Shown: one piece after another, positions 9,641 to 18,919 of the stretch
How the letters are laid out: the number at the start of each line of letters is the position of its first letter
Numbering within the stretch: the stretch's first letter is position 1
Notes under the pieces: generated by a model
The model's database searches: none
Seen by the model: the letters and a program-made list of their open reading frames with translations, nothing else
Told to the model about the DNA's origin: nothing
Translations under genes and position numbers: made by a program
Virus record (IMG/VR): IMGVR_UViG_3300035102_000435
DNA length: 49,493 bases
DNA from: a virus
Reading direction: 5' to 3' (one strand)

Positions 9641-9784
9641 ATGAAAAATAAGTTAGCAATTTTATTTCTTTATCTGACAACAATGTTAGGTTATTCAATT
9701 TTATGGGAGACTCAGGAAGGTAGACTGTTTGCAGCTAAGTGGTTAGTAATTTCAGGTACTTTTATTTTAACCTTTAAAGAGTAG
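9641..9784 (+). CDS. Small membrane protein (paralog A)
   Basis: 47-aa ORF translated by hand; hydrophobic helix - ETQEGRLFAAKW - hydrophobic helix. Confidence 0.35.
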   Translation: MKNKLAILFLYLTTMLGYSILWETQEGRLFAAKWLVISGTFILTFKE

Positions 9785-9806
9785 AGTATAGAAAGGGGGT
9801 TATTAG

Positions 9807-9947
9807 ATGCCGGACTTTTTAAAACAGTTAATATTTTTAATCATAATGAATATAGCAGCATACAGAATAGCGAAAACAGAAGAAGGAAAAATATATTTAG
9901 CCAAATTTACATTGATTATTGCGTTTATTTTACTTATATCAATTTAA
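9807..9947 (+). CDS. Small membrane protein (paralog B)
   Basis: 46-aa ORF translated by hand; same architecture with KTEEGKIYLAKF between two hydrophobic helices. Confidence 0.35.
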   Translation: MPDFLKQLIFLIIMNIAAYRIAKTEEGKIYLAKFTLIIAFILLISI

Positions 9948-9959
9948 GGAGGAATTAAG

Positions 9960-10262
9960 ATGATGAAAAACATTGATAAACACGAACTATTTGTAGAAGC
10001 AGAAATAATGAGAAGGAATGATTCAGACTTAGTTTTATTTGTAAAAACACCAAAGAATGAAGAGATGATCATTGTACCTAATGAAGATATTCAAGAAAAA
10101 ATTGAATACATTGATAAAGTATATGATTTCAATTTAGATCACAGAGGAGCAAAGGGGGTTTTTATAATCGGGATAACTAATTTGAAAGAGTGGATCGAGG
10201 TGGTGACTGAAAATGGTTTTAAAGAAATCGGAATTAAAGCCTTATACTCGGATAAAGAGTGA
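9960..10262 (+). CDS. Hypothetical protein
   Basis: 100-aa ORF with AGGAGG upstream. Confidence 0.45.
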   Translation: MMKNIDKHELFVEAEIMRRNDSDLVLFVKTPKNEEMIIVPNEDIQEKIEYIDKVYDFNLDHRGAKGVFIIGITNLKEWIEVVTENGFKEIGIKALYSDKE

Positions 10263-10854
10263 ATTTAACTCAATAGAATTGCCAGAAGGATTTCATAAAG
10301 AATGGTTAGAAACAAAGCAATCTTTTAGAGATACGGTTATCAATGCCACAAAAGTACCTGCCAAATATTTATATATAAATGAGGAGGTGGAAGAATTGAC
10401 CGGGCCAGCACTAAAGGACGAAAAGATAATTTACAAAGATCAAGAAATGAACTATTATCATTTTATAGAAATGCTGATATCTAAATCATATAAATTAAAT
10501 GCAGCTATCTCTGCAGATAAAACTGGAATTGATCTAAGAGTAGTGGATTTAGAAATTTTAGGTCAGATAATATTAGATACTAATCGTTCAAATGAATTAC
10601 TTAAATTATCACATAAAAAGTTATATAATTTCATGGTTGAATTCTATTTTAAATTCAATTATTTTGATGAATTAAAAAGATATCAAAATAGAGATATTTA
10701 TCTCGGTAGAATTGAGATAGAGAATGATTTTAAAAAAATGATAAATAAATTTGAAACTGATCATGGTATGGATCTAAAGAAAGTTCTAATGGGCGCACTG
10801 GGCGTACCCTGGCATAAATATAAATATGAATTGTTCAAAAGAATAAAAACCTAG
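10213..10854 (+). CDS. Hypothetical protein (start uncertain)
   Basis: 213-aa ORF overlapping the upstream gene in another frame; the true start is probably internal. Confidence 0.4.
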   Translation: MVLKKSELKPYTRIKSEFNSIELPEGFHKEWLETKQSFRDTVINATKVPAKYLYINEEVEELTGPALKDEKIIYKDQEMNYYHFIEMLISKSYKLNAAISADKTGIDLRVVDLEILGQIILDTNRSNELLKLSHKKLYNFMVEFYFKFNYFDELKRYQNRDIYLGRIEIENDFKKMINKFETDHGMDLKKVLMGALGVPWHKYKYELFKRIKT

Positions 10855-10912
10855 ATCAAGACCGGCCGGGGGAAGTTCAAGAGCGATGGCCCGGACTATC
10901 GGGAGGTGAAAA

Positions 10913-11266
10913 ATGAATAAAGTATATTTCTTTTACAATGAAGAGGGGTATGGAAAATATGTAGCACACGAGTCTTTCAAAGAAGCTAAAGAAATAGCAT
11001 TGTTAAGCCCAGTTTTTGATATGCTTGAAAATCCATTCGTAGATATAAGAGGAAAATTAGTTAAAAGATATGATTATAGGGATGAAAAAGAATATATAGT
11101 TAAAACAAATACAGAAGGAATGTTAAGTACTCAAGAAATTGTAGATTTAGGGATAGCCTGGTGGCAATGTTCAGAATGCGGAACTGATGATTTGGAAATA
11201 GTTGATAGTGGCGAAAATTACAACTGTTTATCTTGCGGACATTCTGATGAAGTTCCTTATTATTAA
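10913..11266 (+). CDS. Hypothetical protein with C-terminal zinc ribbon
   Basis: 117-aa ORF; CSECG...CLSCGH motif. Confidence 0.45.
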   Translation: MNKVYFFYNEEGYGKYVAHESFKEAKEIALLSPVFDMLENPFVDIRGKLVKRYDYRDEKEYIVKTNTEGMLSTQEIVDLGIAWWQCSECGTDDLEIVDSGENYNCLSCGHSDEVPYY

Positions 11267-11319
11267 ATACAAGCTGGCCCGGGCATTTATTAAAAAAATT
11301 AAAATAGGAGGAAATTAAA

Positions 11320-11772
11320 ATGGCACAATATACTCAAGCCCCTGAGGTAGAAAATATTGCTAATAAATTAATAGAAAAATATCATAATCACCTACAAGGT
11401 TTTAAGATAATTTACTTATTTAGAGACAAAGCGATGAAATCAAAAGGAAAAGAGGTTTATGGTAAAGCATCAAAAGTACAATCTAAGTACCAGGCTATCA
11501 CTGGAGCAACATTTATCATTGAGATAGCTGAACCAGCATTTGCTTCAATGGACCACAAACATCAGGTAGCTTTAATAGATCATGAACTGATGCATTGCTT
11601 TATTGATGAAAATGATCAACCAACAATACTTTCTCATGACTTTGAAGGATTTAACAAGGAACTTAAGAGACATGGTTTCTGGGCTTCTGATCTGCAGATC
11701 ATGAAGAAGCAGCTGCAGCAGATGGAACTGCCTTTTAATGAAAAACCAGAGCTTAAGGTGGTGAGTGGGTAG
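11320..11772 (+). CDS. Putative HExxH metallopeptidase-like protein
   Basis: 150-aa ORF containing HELMH (HExxH zinc-binding motif); strong RBS GGAGG upstream. Confidence 0.5.
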   Translation: MAQYTQAPEVENIANKLIEKYHNHLQGFKIIYLFRDKAMKSKGKEVYGKASKVQSKYQAITGATFIIEIAEPAFASMDHKHQVALIDHELMHCFIDENDQPTILSHDFEGFNKELKRHGFWASDLQIMKKQLQQMELPFNEKPELKVVSG

Positions 11773-11987
11773 TGCCAATCAATCACAAGAATCTGGCCCG
11801 GGCCAGAGAAAAGAGCGGAAATACTAAAACATTTTTAGCAAAAAAATGCGGTGTAACAATAACTACCTATAGCAAGTGGGAAGATGGAGACACTGTCCCG
11901 GGAGTCGATAAAGCTAAGATACTTGCGGATATATATGAAACAACAGTTGACGTATTATTTTTCAGCAGAGTATTTAGACTAATTTGA
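11772..11987 (+). CDS. HTH (XRE-like) DNA-binding protein
   Basis: 71-aa ORF; HTH-like segment TFLAKKCGVTITTYSKWE; GTG start overlapping the upstream stop. Confidence 0.5.
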   Translation: MPINHKNLARAREKSGNTKTFLAKKCGVTITTYSKWEDGDTVPGVDKAKILADIYETTVDVLFFSRVFRLI

Positions 11988-11997
11988 GGTGAGGTAA

Positions 11998-12837
11998 TTG
12001 GATTTTAGATGCAGTTTAAGCAAATGGAGAACTAACAAAAGGTCGGCCAGGTTAACACTACTGGTCGGCCCCAAAGATGCACCAATGGATTTATATAACT
12101 TCGAAGACAAACCGCTCGATATTATTTTAGACAGCAAAGTTAAAATAAAAGGAGAAATCAAAAATATTGAGCAGCTGGTAAAAGGAAAAATTAAAATAGT
12201 GATTGTTACTGCTGAAGATTATAAAAAAGAAATTATTAGTGGTGGCCCGGGCCTTAAAAATGCTGAAAATATAAAAGTCACATTTTTAATTGATGCTGAT
12301 GAACAGGTTAAAAGAATGAACATGATCAGTGACCGGCAGAGAAGAAAAGCTTTTGCCACAATTGGAGATATTGCAGACAGTATTGGTTATGCCAAAAACG
12401 AGATGTATGAGAAGTTAAAAGAAAAATTCTCTGAGGTGACTGGTTATGGAGAAATAAGTCTTTCAGATTGTTCAAGGAAAACTGCAGAAGATTTTATTGA
12501 TTTCTGTATCAGAATTGGTTATGAATATGGTGTCGCCTGGGAAGAACATCCCAGAGAGAGAATGGACAATCTTTATAAGTGGCTGCGGTTATGCCTTGAT
12601 CAGAAAATTTGTGCTGTATCTGGCCGGCCGGGAAAAGAATATTTAATCGATAACTCCGGAGCTATAATTCATAGTCACCACACAGATGCAATAGGAATGG
12701 GACAAAACAGGCAAAAATTTGATGATAGTAAGCTTAAAAAAATATCTCTATCTGCGGAATATCATGTTGAAGCGCACAATATAGGCTGGGAATCTTTCAA
12801 AAATAAATATCATGTTGAGGGCATTATCTATCCGTAA
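11998..12837 (+). CDS. Hypothetical protein with C-terminal His/Cys-rich (HNH-like) region
   Basis: 279-aa ORF; C-terminal CAVSG...HSHHTDA...HVEAHN suggests a metal-binding nuclease motif. Weak call. Confidence 0.4.
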   Translation: MDFRCSLSKWRTNKRSARLTLLVGPKDAPMDLYNFEDKPLDIILDSKVKIKGEIKNIEQLVKGKIKIVIVTAEDYKKEIISGGPGLKNAENIKVTFLIDADEQVKRMNMISDRQRRKAFATIGDIADSIGYAKNEMYEKLKEKFSEVTGYGEISLSDCSRKTAEDFIDFCIRIGYEYGVAWEEHPRERMDNLYKWLRLCLDQKICAVSGRPGKEYLIDNSGAIIHSHHTDAIGMGQNRQKFDDSKLKKISLSAEYHVEAHNIGWESFKNKYHVEGIIYP

Positions 12838-12876
12838 CGGATTAGATGCTAGCCCGGTGATTGGAGGCTGATTTTT

Positions 12877-13290
12877 TTGGCTTGGAGAAATGTAAGCGAA
12901 AAACAAGCAAAAGATTTGATTAAGGAAAAGAGAAAAGGTGCCGGTGTTAATGTTTTAGAAGAGGAAGAACAGAAAAAGCTAGCTCAATATCTTGATTATA
13001 AATATATGGAAGGTGATTGGTGCCATGTGCCTAATGAAGGCGACCACAAAGTTCAGTATTATGTTAAACAAAAAACTTTAGGTGTTAAATCAGGCGTGCC
13101 GGATGCATTAATTTTCAAGCCGGTTGCCGGATATAATGGAATTGCTATTGAACTTAAGAGGTTGAAAGGTGGCCGGGTTAGCGAAAGCCAAAAGAGATGG
13201 CTTAAGAGGTTTAAAGAGAACGGTTGGGCTGTTAAGTTAGCAGAGGGAGCAGATGCTGCTATAGAATTTATTGAAGAACTGGAGGGATAA
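12877..13290 (+). CDS. VRR-NUC domain nuclease
   Basis: 137 aa; GVPDALIF...IELKRLKGGRVSESQKRWL resembles the PD-(D/E)XK VRR-NUC pattern, from memory. Confidence 0.6.
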   Translation: MAWRNVSEKQAKDLIKEKRKGAGVNVLEEEEQKKLAQYLDYKYMEGDWCHVPNEGDHKVQYYVKQKTLGVKSGVPDALIFKPVAGYNGIAIELKRLKGGRVSESQKRWLKRFKENGWAVKLAEGADAAIEFIEELEG

Positions 13291-13291
13291 A

Positions 13292-13618
13292 ATGATCTGG
13301 ATAGATTTTTTTGATGATACAAAAAACAAAATTAAAAATATAAAAGATATTAATAATATTAAAGTAATAAGATTTGATTTTATAGTGGATGGTCATGCAG
13401 ACCAGATGTACATTTATTTAGAAGAAAAAAGGTTATTATCATTAACAAAACCTTCTATAAAAATTAATTATAAATATTTGAGAATCAATAATATAAGTGC
13501 CACTATGTTTATTGAAAAAGCAATAACAGAACTAGAATACCAACCAGATGGTTTTTTCTTAGATGATTCCATAACATTAAGAATTAACCAAGGTCATGAT
13601 ATCGAAATAAAAATTTAA
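13292..13618 (+). CDS. Hypothetical protein
   Basis: ORF in track from 13271; ATG at 13292 is preceded by GGAGGG. Confidence 0.4.
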   Translation: MIWIDFFDDTKNKIKNIKDINNIKVIRFDFIVDGHADQMYIYLEEKRLLSLTKPSIKINYKYLRINNISATMFIEKAITELEYQPDGFFLDDSITLRINQGHDIEIKI

Positions 13619-13630
13619 TGAGGTGAAGTC

Positions 13631-13912
13631 ATGAAAAATATAGTTGATATAATTGATAGCTTTCTAAATGAAATACAAAAAGAAACTGAAAACAGACCTT
13701 ATTTAGACATGATGTTTTTTGTAAGTGAAAAAGAATATAAAAAAATAAAAGATGTTTTTATGAGTTCAGCCAACAAAAAAGAATTAGTGATCAAAAGGAG
13801 CATGGCTCATAGTGACCCAGATGCAAGATATGAAACTTATCGTTTTGAAAAACGGTGGATAAAGTTTAGTTTTAGAGTTGATACGAGTTCTGGTGAAGAT
13901 AATGAAGATTAA
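13631..13912 (+). CDS. Hypothetical protein
   Basis: 93-aa ORF. Confidence 0.4.
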   Translation: MKNIVDIIDSFLNEIQKETENRPYLDMMFFVSEKEYKKIKDVFMSSANKKELVIKRSMAHSDPDARYETYRFEKRWIKFSFRVDTSSGEDNED

Positions 13913-14069
13913 ACTTAGGTTTGAAAATCATGAAATAGGAACAATTATCAAAATAATGGCTGATAAATATAATGATGCCGGAGAATTATTAAGCTCAAAA
14001 AGTGTTGGCTATGTTAGCAGCAGATTAATCGCTAAAGGTGTAGAATTTAAAGACATAAATTTTGATTAA
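13878..14069 (+). CDS. Hypothetical small protein (start uncertain)
   Basis: 63-aa ORF overlapping the upstream gene. Confidence 0.3.
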   Translation: MIRVLVKIMKIKLRFENHEIGTIIKIMADKYNDAGELLSSKSVGYVSSRLIAKGVEFKDINFD

Positions 14070-14298
14070 AGGGGTGATCGCTATCGAACTAATAAAAAAC
14101 GTTCCTTATTTTATTTATAAATTATTTTTAATTCTTATAATGTTTGAATATATACTTGTTAAAGTAAAATTTATAAACCAAGTATTGAATACTCCTGGAA
14201 TGATTGAAGAAAAAGTAGTAGAAAATTTAGTTAAAGAATATTTTATGAAGATAATTGGTGGGATATTAATTTTAAGATTTTTGTTAATAAAACTTTAA
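14062..14298 (+). CDS. Hypothetical small membrane protein
   Basis: 78-aa hydrophobic ORF. Confidence 0.35.
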   Translation: MIKGVIAIELIKNVPYFIYKLFLILIMFEYILVKVKFINQVLNTPGMIEEKVVENLVKEYFMKIIGGILILRFLLIKL

Positions 14299-14304
14299 AA
14301 AAGG

Positions 14305-14637
14305 ATGAGAAGAATGAAAACTGATTTAGAAAGACTTCACGATGTAGCTTTAAAAGAAAATCACGGTCCTAGAGAAGGTAAAACTTTTTATGATTGTCAT
14401 TTAGTTGCCGGAGCCTTAGAATTAGAAAATGAAGAGGTTATAATCTGGCTCCCATCTTTACGCAGTGCGAAGCATATAAAACCAATGCTCAAAAAGGTAT
14501 TACAAGATCATGATATTTCTATAGCAAGCAAACCAAATAGAAATTGTTGGATATTAGATAATAATTCGAGAATCATTTTTGCTTGGGGAAATATTAATGG
14601 TTACTCTCATGATTCGGCAGTAGTGACTTTTTGGTAG
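14305..14637 (+). CDS. Hypothetical protein
   Basis: 110-aa ORF. Confidence 0.4.
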   Translation: MRRMKTDLERLHDVALKENHGPREGKTFYDCHLVAGALELENEEVIIWLPSLRSAKHIKPMLKKVLQDHDISIASKPNRNCWILDNNSRIIFAWGNINGYSHDSAVVTFW

Positions 14638-14646
14638 GAGGAATCT

Positions 14647-14895
14647 ATGATCACTTCCAATAAACGATATAATATAATTACAAGATGCATGAAAGTATTA
14701 TTTATGATAATAAATGAAAGTGGTTTAAATAGAAATTTGATTGCCGGCCGGTTGGGGGTGAGCTCTAAAACGGTCAGTAGGTATATTAATATCTTAAGAG
14801 CAGCAGGGTTTGAAATAGTTTATAACTTTAAAAAGAAAGAATATGAAGTAATTAATTATCAAATGGTGGAGGGGTTGGGTGGAGATGTTAAGTGA
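14647..14895 (+). CDS. HTH DNA-binding protein
   Basis: 82-aa ORF; HTH-like RLGVSSKTVSRYINILR. Confidence 0.4.
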   Translation: MITSNKRYNIITRCMKVLFMIINESGLNRNLIAGRLGVSSKTVSRYINILRAAGFEIVYNFKKKEYEVINYQMVEGLGGDVK

Positions 14896-15139
14896 ATCTA
14901 AATTAATTTGTGAATACCAGGGCATCAAAAGACATATTCAAGTTCCAGTATTGTGTCCGAGGTGTAACAGAAGAACTTTTATTTTAGACAATCGAAAAGA
15001 AAAAGGTAAGTGTATAAGGTGTGGTAAAGAAATGACTGCTGATGAATTACTAGAAGTTGCAAAGGCTGATTACTTAGAAAAACACAGTGCTACTGACTAT
15101 CAAATTAGAAATAACAGAGGTGACTGCGGCAATGCCTAA
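14879..15139 (+). CDS. Hypothetical zinc-ribbon protein
   Basis: 86-aa ORF; CPRCN...CIRCG. Confidence 0.4.
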   Translation: MEMLSESKLICEYQGIKRHIQVPVLCPRCNRRTFILDNRKEKGKCIRCGKEMTADELLEVAKADYLEKHSATDYQIRNNRGDCGNA

Positions 15140-15584
15140 TAAAGAGAAAGAAATCATAGAAGAGTTGTTGAATAATTACAGAAGGATAAAAGCAAAAGTT
15201 GCAACAGAAGCAATAAAAGATGCTCCTGAATATGCACTGCAGGCTATTAATTATAATAAAGTAGGATCTGGCGAAACTAATAATACATATTCCGACGTGG
15301 AAGAGTTTGTTGCCAGGAAGTCTGAACAGGATAGCAAATATAAAAATCTAGTTAAAGCAAGAAATATAATCTATCACGCTTATATTAATTTGCCAATTGA
15401 GATGAGAAGGATAGTTGAATATTTTTATTTTAATGATATGTCAGTAAAAGATACAGCCAGTCGAGTTAATTGCTCAGAAAATACAATAAGAAATAGAAAA
15501 CCAGAAATATTTGCAGAATTAAAAGTTCACGGACTGATGTCTGCCTGGGAGTTCTGGCTTGAAAGTCGAGAATTATTGAGTTAA
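15132..15584 (+). CDS. Putative late-gene transcriptional regulator (ArpU/sigma-70 region-4-like)
   Basis: ORF in track from 15087; ATG at 15132 with AGAGGTGA upstream. C-terminal HTH-like segment and position directly upstream of the packaging genes are typical of ArpU-family late activators. Confidence 0.5.
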   Translation: MPNKEKEIIEELLNNYRRIKAKVATEAIKDAPEYALQAINYNKVGSGETNNTYSDVEEFVARKSEQDSKYKNLVKARNIIYHAYINLPIEMRRIVEYFYFNDMSVKDTASRVNCSENTIRNRKPEIFAELKVHGLMSAWEFWLESRELLS

Positions 15585-16191
15585 TTTTAATAAAAACATT
15601 AGTTTGGTGTTATTTTGGTATGATTTTGAGCTTTTTTTGAGTGGATTTTCTATATATAAAGAATATAATGATAGTATGAAGTAATTGTGAGTTTTTCCAT
15701 TATTACTTATTTATTTCCTATTTGGTTTTTTACCGGCTTAATTCCACTATTTAGGCCGGGTTTTTTCATACTACCTCTATTATAATATGTGTGGCTCGGG
15801 CTCAATGTCCGGGCCATTACTCGTTTATAGAGCTATGAATCAGCCAGAATGCAGCACGAACTACCAGCCGCAGCTACTGGATAGCAGAGTAGAAAGGTGT
15901 CAGCTCAGCACTCCCGCTGGCTCCGCAGACCACCAGAATTCGCGGGTCCTTCTGAGAATCTAGAGCCTTGCGGTGACGCTGAATCCCAAAAACTGGCTAG
16001 ATTTCGGTGAAAAAAGTTGAATTTCATACAGTCGATAACTTTTTATATTTTTTAAAATTGAATATCAAACTTATATAATAACTGTCATGACAACGTTCGC
16101 GGCAGTTTTATTTTTACCATTTTAAAAACACTTGTTTACAGTATTTTACTGAACTTACGGTGATTTTAATTTCAGTGAAAAGGAGGGTCTT

Positions 16192-16749
16192 ATGAAATTC
16201 GAAGTTTCAGCTGAAGAGCTCGCAGAATTTATAGATATTTCCGAGCGCAGAGTTTATCAGTTGGTCGATGCAGAAATTATAGATAGAGTTACAGAAGGAA
16301 AATATGATCTTAAGGAATGCGCTAAAAAATATTATGAGTTTAAATTTGGAAGCGGTAATAGAGATTTGAATGAAGTAAAAGCTGAGCATGAAGAAATCAA
16401 AAAACGGATTAGTGAAATTAAACTTGCTAAGCAGCAAAATAAAGTTCATGAAGCTTCAGATGTAGAATTTGCAATGACCAATATATTGACTACCTTTAGA
16501 AATAGAATTTTAGCGATACCTCCAAAATTATCTCCTCAAATAACAGGAATGAAAAACACAAATAAAATTAGTGATCTAATGAACTCTGAATTAAAAGAAG
16601 CTCTTGAAGAATTGTCAGGATATGATCCATCTTTATTTGTTGATGATGAAGATCTATACGAAGGTGATGCAGTTGAAGTCGAAAACGAAAAAGTTATTCA
16701 GGAAGGTTCTCAAGACAGTAGCACCTCCACCGGATCTAAAAATAAGTGA
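16192..16749 (+). CDS. terS: Terminase small subunit
   Basis: 185-aa ORF immediately upstream of and overlapping the large terminase; N-terminal HTH-like region, acidic C-terminus; RBS AAGGAGGG upstream. Confidence 0.6.
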   Translation: MKFEVSAEELAEFIDISERRVYQLVDAEIIDRVTEGKYDLKECAKKYYEFKFGSGNRDLNEVKAEHEEIKKRISEIKLAKQQNKVHEASDVEFAMTNILTTFRNRILAIPPKLSPQITGMKNTNKISDLMNSELKEALEELSGYDPSLFVDDEDLYEGDAVEVENEKVIQEGSQDSSTSTGSKNK

Positions 16750-18529
16750 CTGGGCTGATCAATATAGAAAATTACCTCGCGAAACATCAGCCGAGCCTGG
16801 ACAATGGAGAACAAACCGAGCACCTTATCAACGAAAAATAATGGATTCTATCAATGATCCAGAAGTTGAAAAAGTTGTTGTAATGAGCAGTTCTCAGGTT
16901 GGAAAGTCTGAAATAGTTATTAATGTTATGGGCTATTATATTGATATTGATCCGTGTCCAATGTTATTAGTGCAGCCAACTGTAGATGATGCACAGGATT
17001 TTTCAAAAAGAAGGATAGCGCCTTCGATTAAAGCTACAGATTCATTAAGAGAAAAAGTTTCGGAAAGTAAAAGCAAAGATAGCAGCAATACTATTTTGAT
17101 GAAATCTTTCCCTGGTGGTTTTTTAGCTCTTGCTGGTTCTAACTCTCCTTCTGGTTTGGCAAGTAGACCAGTAAGAATTTTATTGTGCGATGAAATTGAT
17201 AGGTATCCATCTTCTGCAGGAAGTGAAGGGGATCCATTAAAAATTGCAGAAAGAAGAACAACTACTTTTTGGAATAAGAAAAAAGTTTATGTTTCCACAC
17301 CGACAATTAAAGATGCTTCCAGAATTGAAGATGAGTATAAAGCTGGAACTCAGGAAAAGTGGAAACTTAAATGTCCTCATTGTGGAGATTATCAATATAT
17401 ACATCTTCAAAATGTTAAATTTGAGTATGAGAAAGATAAAAAAGGCAATTATAAAGTCTGGGATCTAAAATATGAGTGTACTGAATGTCATAATAAATTT
17501 GATGAACACACCTGGAAGAATCAACCAGGTAAATGGATAGCAGAAAATGATGATGTTATTAAGACAAGAAGTTTTCATCTTAATGCTTTTGTAAGTCCCT
17601 GGACTCCCTGGGAAGAAATTATGGAAGAATGGCTGAGTGTGAAGAAAGATCCAGAACAGTATAAAGTATTTAAAAATACAATGCTCGGGTTACCCTGGGA
17701 GGAAAAAGGAGAAATTGAGGATGAAGAATTTCTTTTAAAACGCAGGGAAGAATATGAGGCAGATGTGCCGGATGGAGTTCTGCTGCTAACCGCTGGTGTT
17801 GATGTTCAGGATGACAGATTAGAATATGAGATAGCAGGCTGGGGAAAAGGGCAAGAGTCCTGGGGCATTGAGTACGGCATGATAATGGGCGCTCCTGATA
17901 TGCCGTCAACTTGGCAGATGCTTTCTGATAAATTAGACCAGACTTTCAGGACAGAGTCAGGTAAAGGAATGAAAGTTGCCTGCACCTGTGTTGACTCTGG
18001 AGGTCATTTCACTTCAGATGTTTATAAATTTTGCAAAAAGAACGAACATAGAAGAATATTTGCTATTAAAGGCCGGGGTGGCCCGGGTATTCCTCTGATA
18101 GATAAGATTTACCGCAGTAAAAAAGAAAATGCTGCGGTTTTTATTTTGGGTGTTGATTCTGGTAAATCAACTATCATGTCAAGACTTAAGATAAAAGAAA
18201 GAGGCGATGGATATTGTCACTTCCCTGCTAATAAAGAAAGAAATTATGATCGCAGTTATTTTCAAGGACTCATATCTGAGAAACTGGTCCGGAGAAAAAG
18301 GAGTGGCCAGTACAGAATGGTTTGGGAAAAAATCAGCCCTAATCAGAGAAATGAGCCTTTAGATTTAAGAAATTATGCTTTAGCTGCACTTAATATACTT
18401 AATCCTAGCTTTGATGCACTTGAAAAAAGGCTAAAACAAAAAGGAAATGGCAGTGTTAGTACAAGCAATTCTAAATCTAGAAGAAAAAAGAAGCGCCGCG
18501 GTGTGGTTAATAAGGGTGTTTCAGTATAA
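16622..18529 (+). CDS. terL: Terminase large subunit, lambda GpA-like (start uncertain)
   Basis: N-terminal region (PPPDLKISDWADQYRKLPRE...YQRKIMDS...SQVGKSE) aligns with lambda gpA from memory; the 5' end overlaps terS in another frame, with candidate starts at 16604, 16622, 16643 and 16667. Confidence 0.85.
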   Translation: MIHLYLLMMKIYTKVMQLKSKTKKLFRKVLKTVAPPPDLKISDWADQYRKLPRETSAEPGQWRTNRAPYQRKIMDSINDPEVEKVVVMSSSQVGKSEIVINVMGYYIDIDPCPMLLVQPTVDDAQDFSKRRIAPSIKATDSLREKVSESKSKDSSNTILMKSFPGGFLALAGSNSPSGLASRPVRILLCDEIDRYPSSAGSEGDPLKIAERRTTTFWNKKKVYVSTPTIKDASRIEDEYKAGTQEKWKLKCPHCGDYQYIHLQNVKFEYEKDKKGNYKVWDLKYECTECHNKFDEHTWKNQPGKWIAENDDVIKTRSFHLNAFVSPWTPWEEIMEEWLSVKKDPEQYKVFKNTMLGLPWEEKGEIEDEEFLLKRREEYEADVPDGVLLLTAGVDVQDDRLEYEIAGWGKGQESWGIEYGMIMGAPDMPSTWQMLSDKLDQTFRTESGKGMKVACTCVDSGGHFTSDVYKFCKKNEHRRIFAIKGRGGPGIPLIDKIYRSKKENAAVFILGVDSGKSTIMSRLKIKERGDGYCHFPANKERNYDRSYFQGLISEKLVRRKRSGQYRMVWEKISPNQRNEPLDLRNYALAALNILNPSFDALEKRLKQKGNGSVSTSNSKSRRKKKRRGVVNKGVSV

Positions 18530-18543
18530 GGAAGGTGGTTTGA

Positions 18544-18783
18544 ATGGCTTCAAAAGACAGGTTAGAAAAAGCAAAACAAAGATTAGAAGCTTATTATGAA
18601 GCAGAAATGGCTGTTCTTGCCGGCCAGGAGTACAAAATTGGAACTAGAAGTTTGACTCGAGCTAATTTAGAAGAAATAAGAGCAGCAATTGACAGTTTAG
18701 AAAAACAAGTTGATCAGTTAACTGCCGCAGTAGACGGAAAAGGCAGAAGAAAAGCTTATAGAATTACCGCCAGAGACCTATAG
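18544..18783 (+). CDS. Head-tail joining protein (lambda gpW-like)
   Basis: 79-aa ORF between the GpA-type terminase and the portal, matching gpW in size and position. Confidence 0.5.
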   Translation: MASKDRLEKAKQRLEAYYEAEMAVLAGQEYKIGTRSLTRANLEEIRAAIDSLEKQVDQLTAAVDGKGRRKAYRITARDL

Positions 18784-18919
18784 GAGGTACAAAATGAGTT
18801 ACAAAAATAAAAAAAATAAGCCAAAAAAAGAAATTATCATTCCTAAGGACACCAAAATTAAATCAAAGGAAAAAAATAGACAAAATTTGATTAAAAGAAA
18901 AGTACGGTAGGTGACGAAT

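Noticed and set aside
15733-15770. Rho-independent terminator after the late regulator
   Set aside because: Only a 5-bp stem (CCGGC/GCCGG) with a 17-nt loop before the T-run; too weak to call.
15840-16020. tRNA or tmRNA gene in the GC-rich island
   Set aside because: I could not build a cloverleaf with a 7-bp acceptor stem and canonical T-loop by eye; left as an unassigned structured region or cos candidate.
17244-17468. Internal + strand ORFs nested in larger genes (17244..17468 in terL, 25717..25905 in the sheath gene, 35082..35270 and 35700..35888 in the fibre gene, 48795..49073 in the initiator gene)
   Set aside because: Each is wholly contained in another frame of a gene with strong family-level support.
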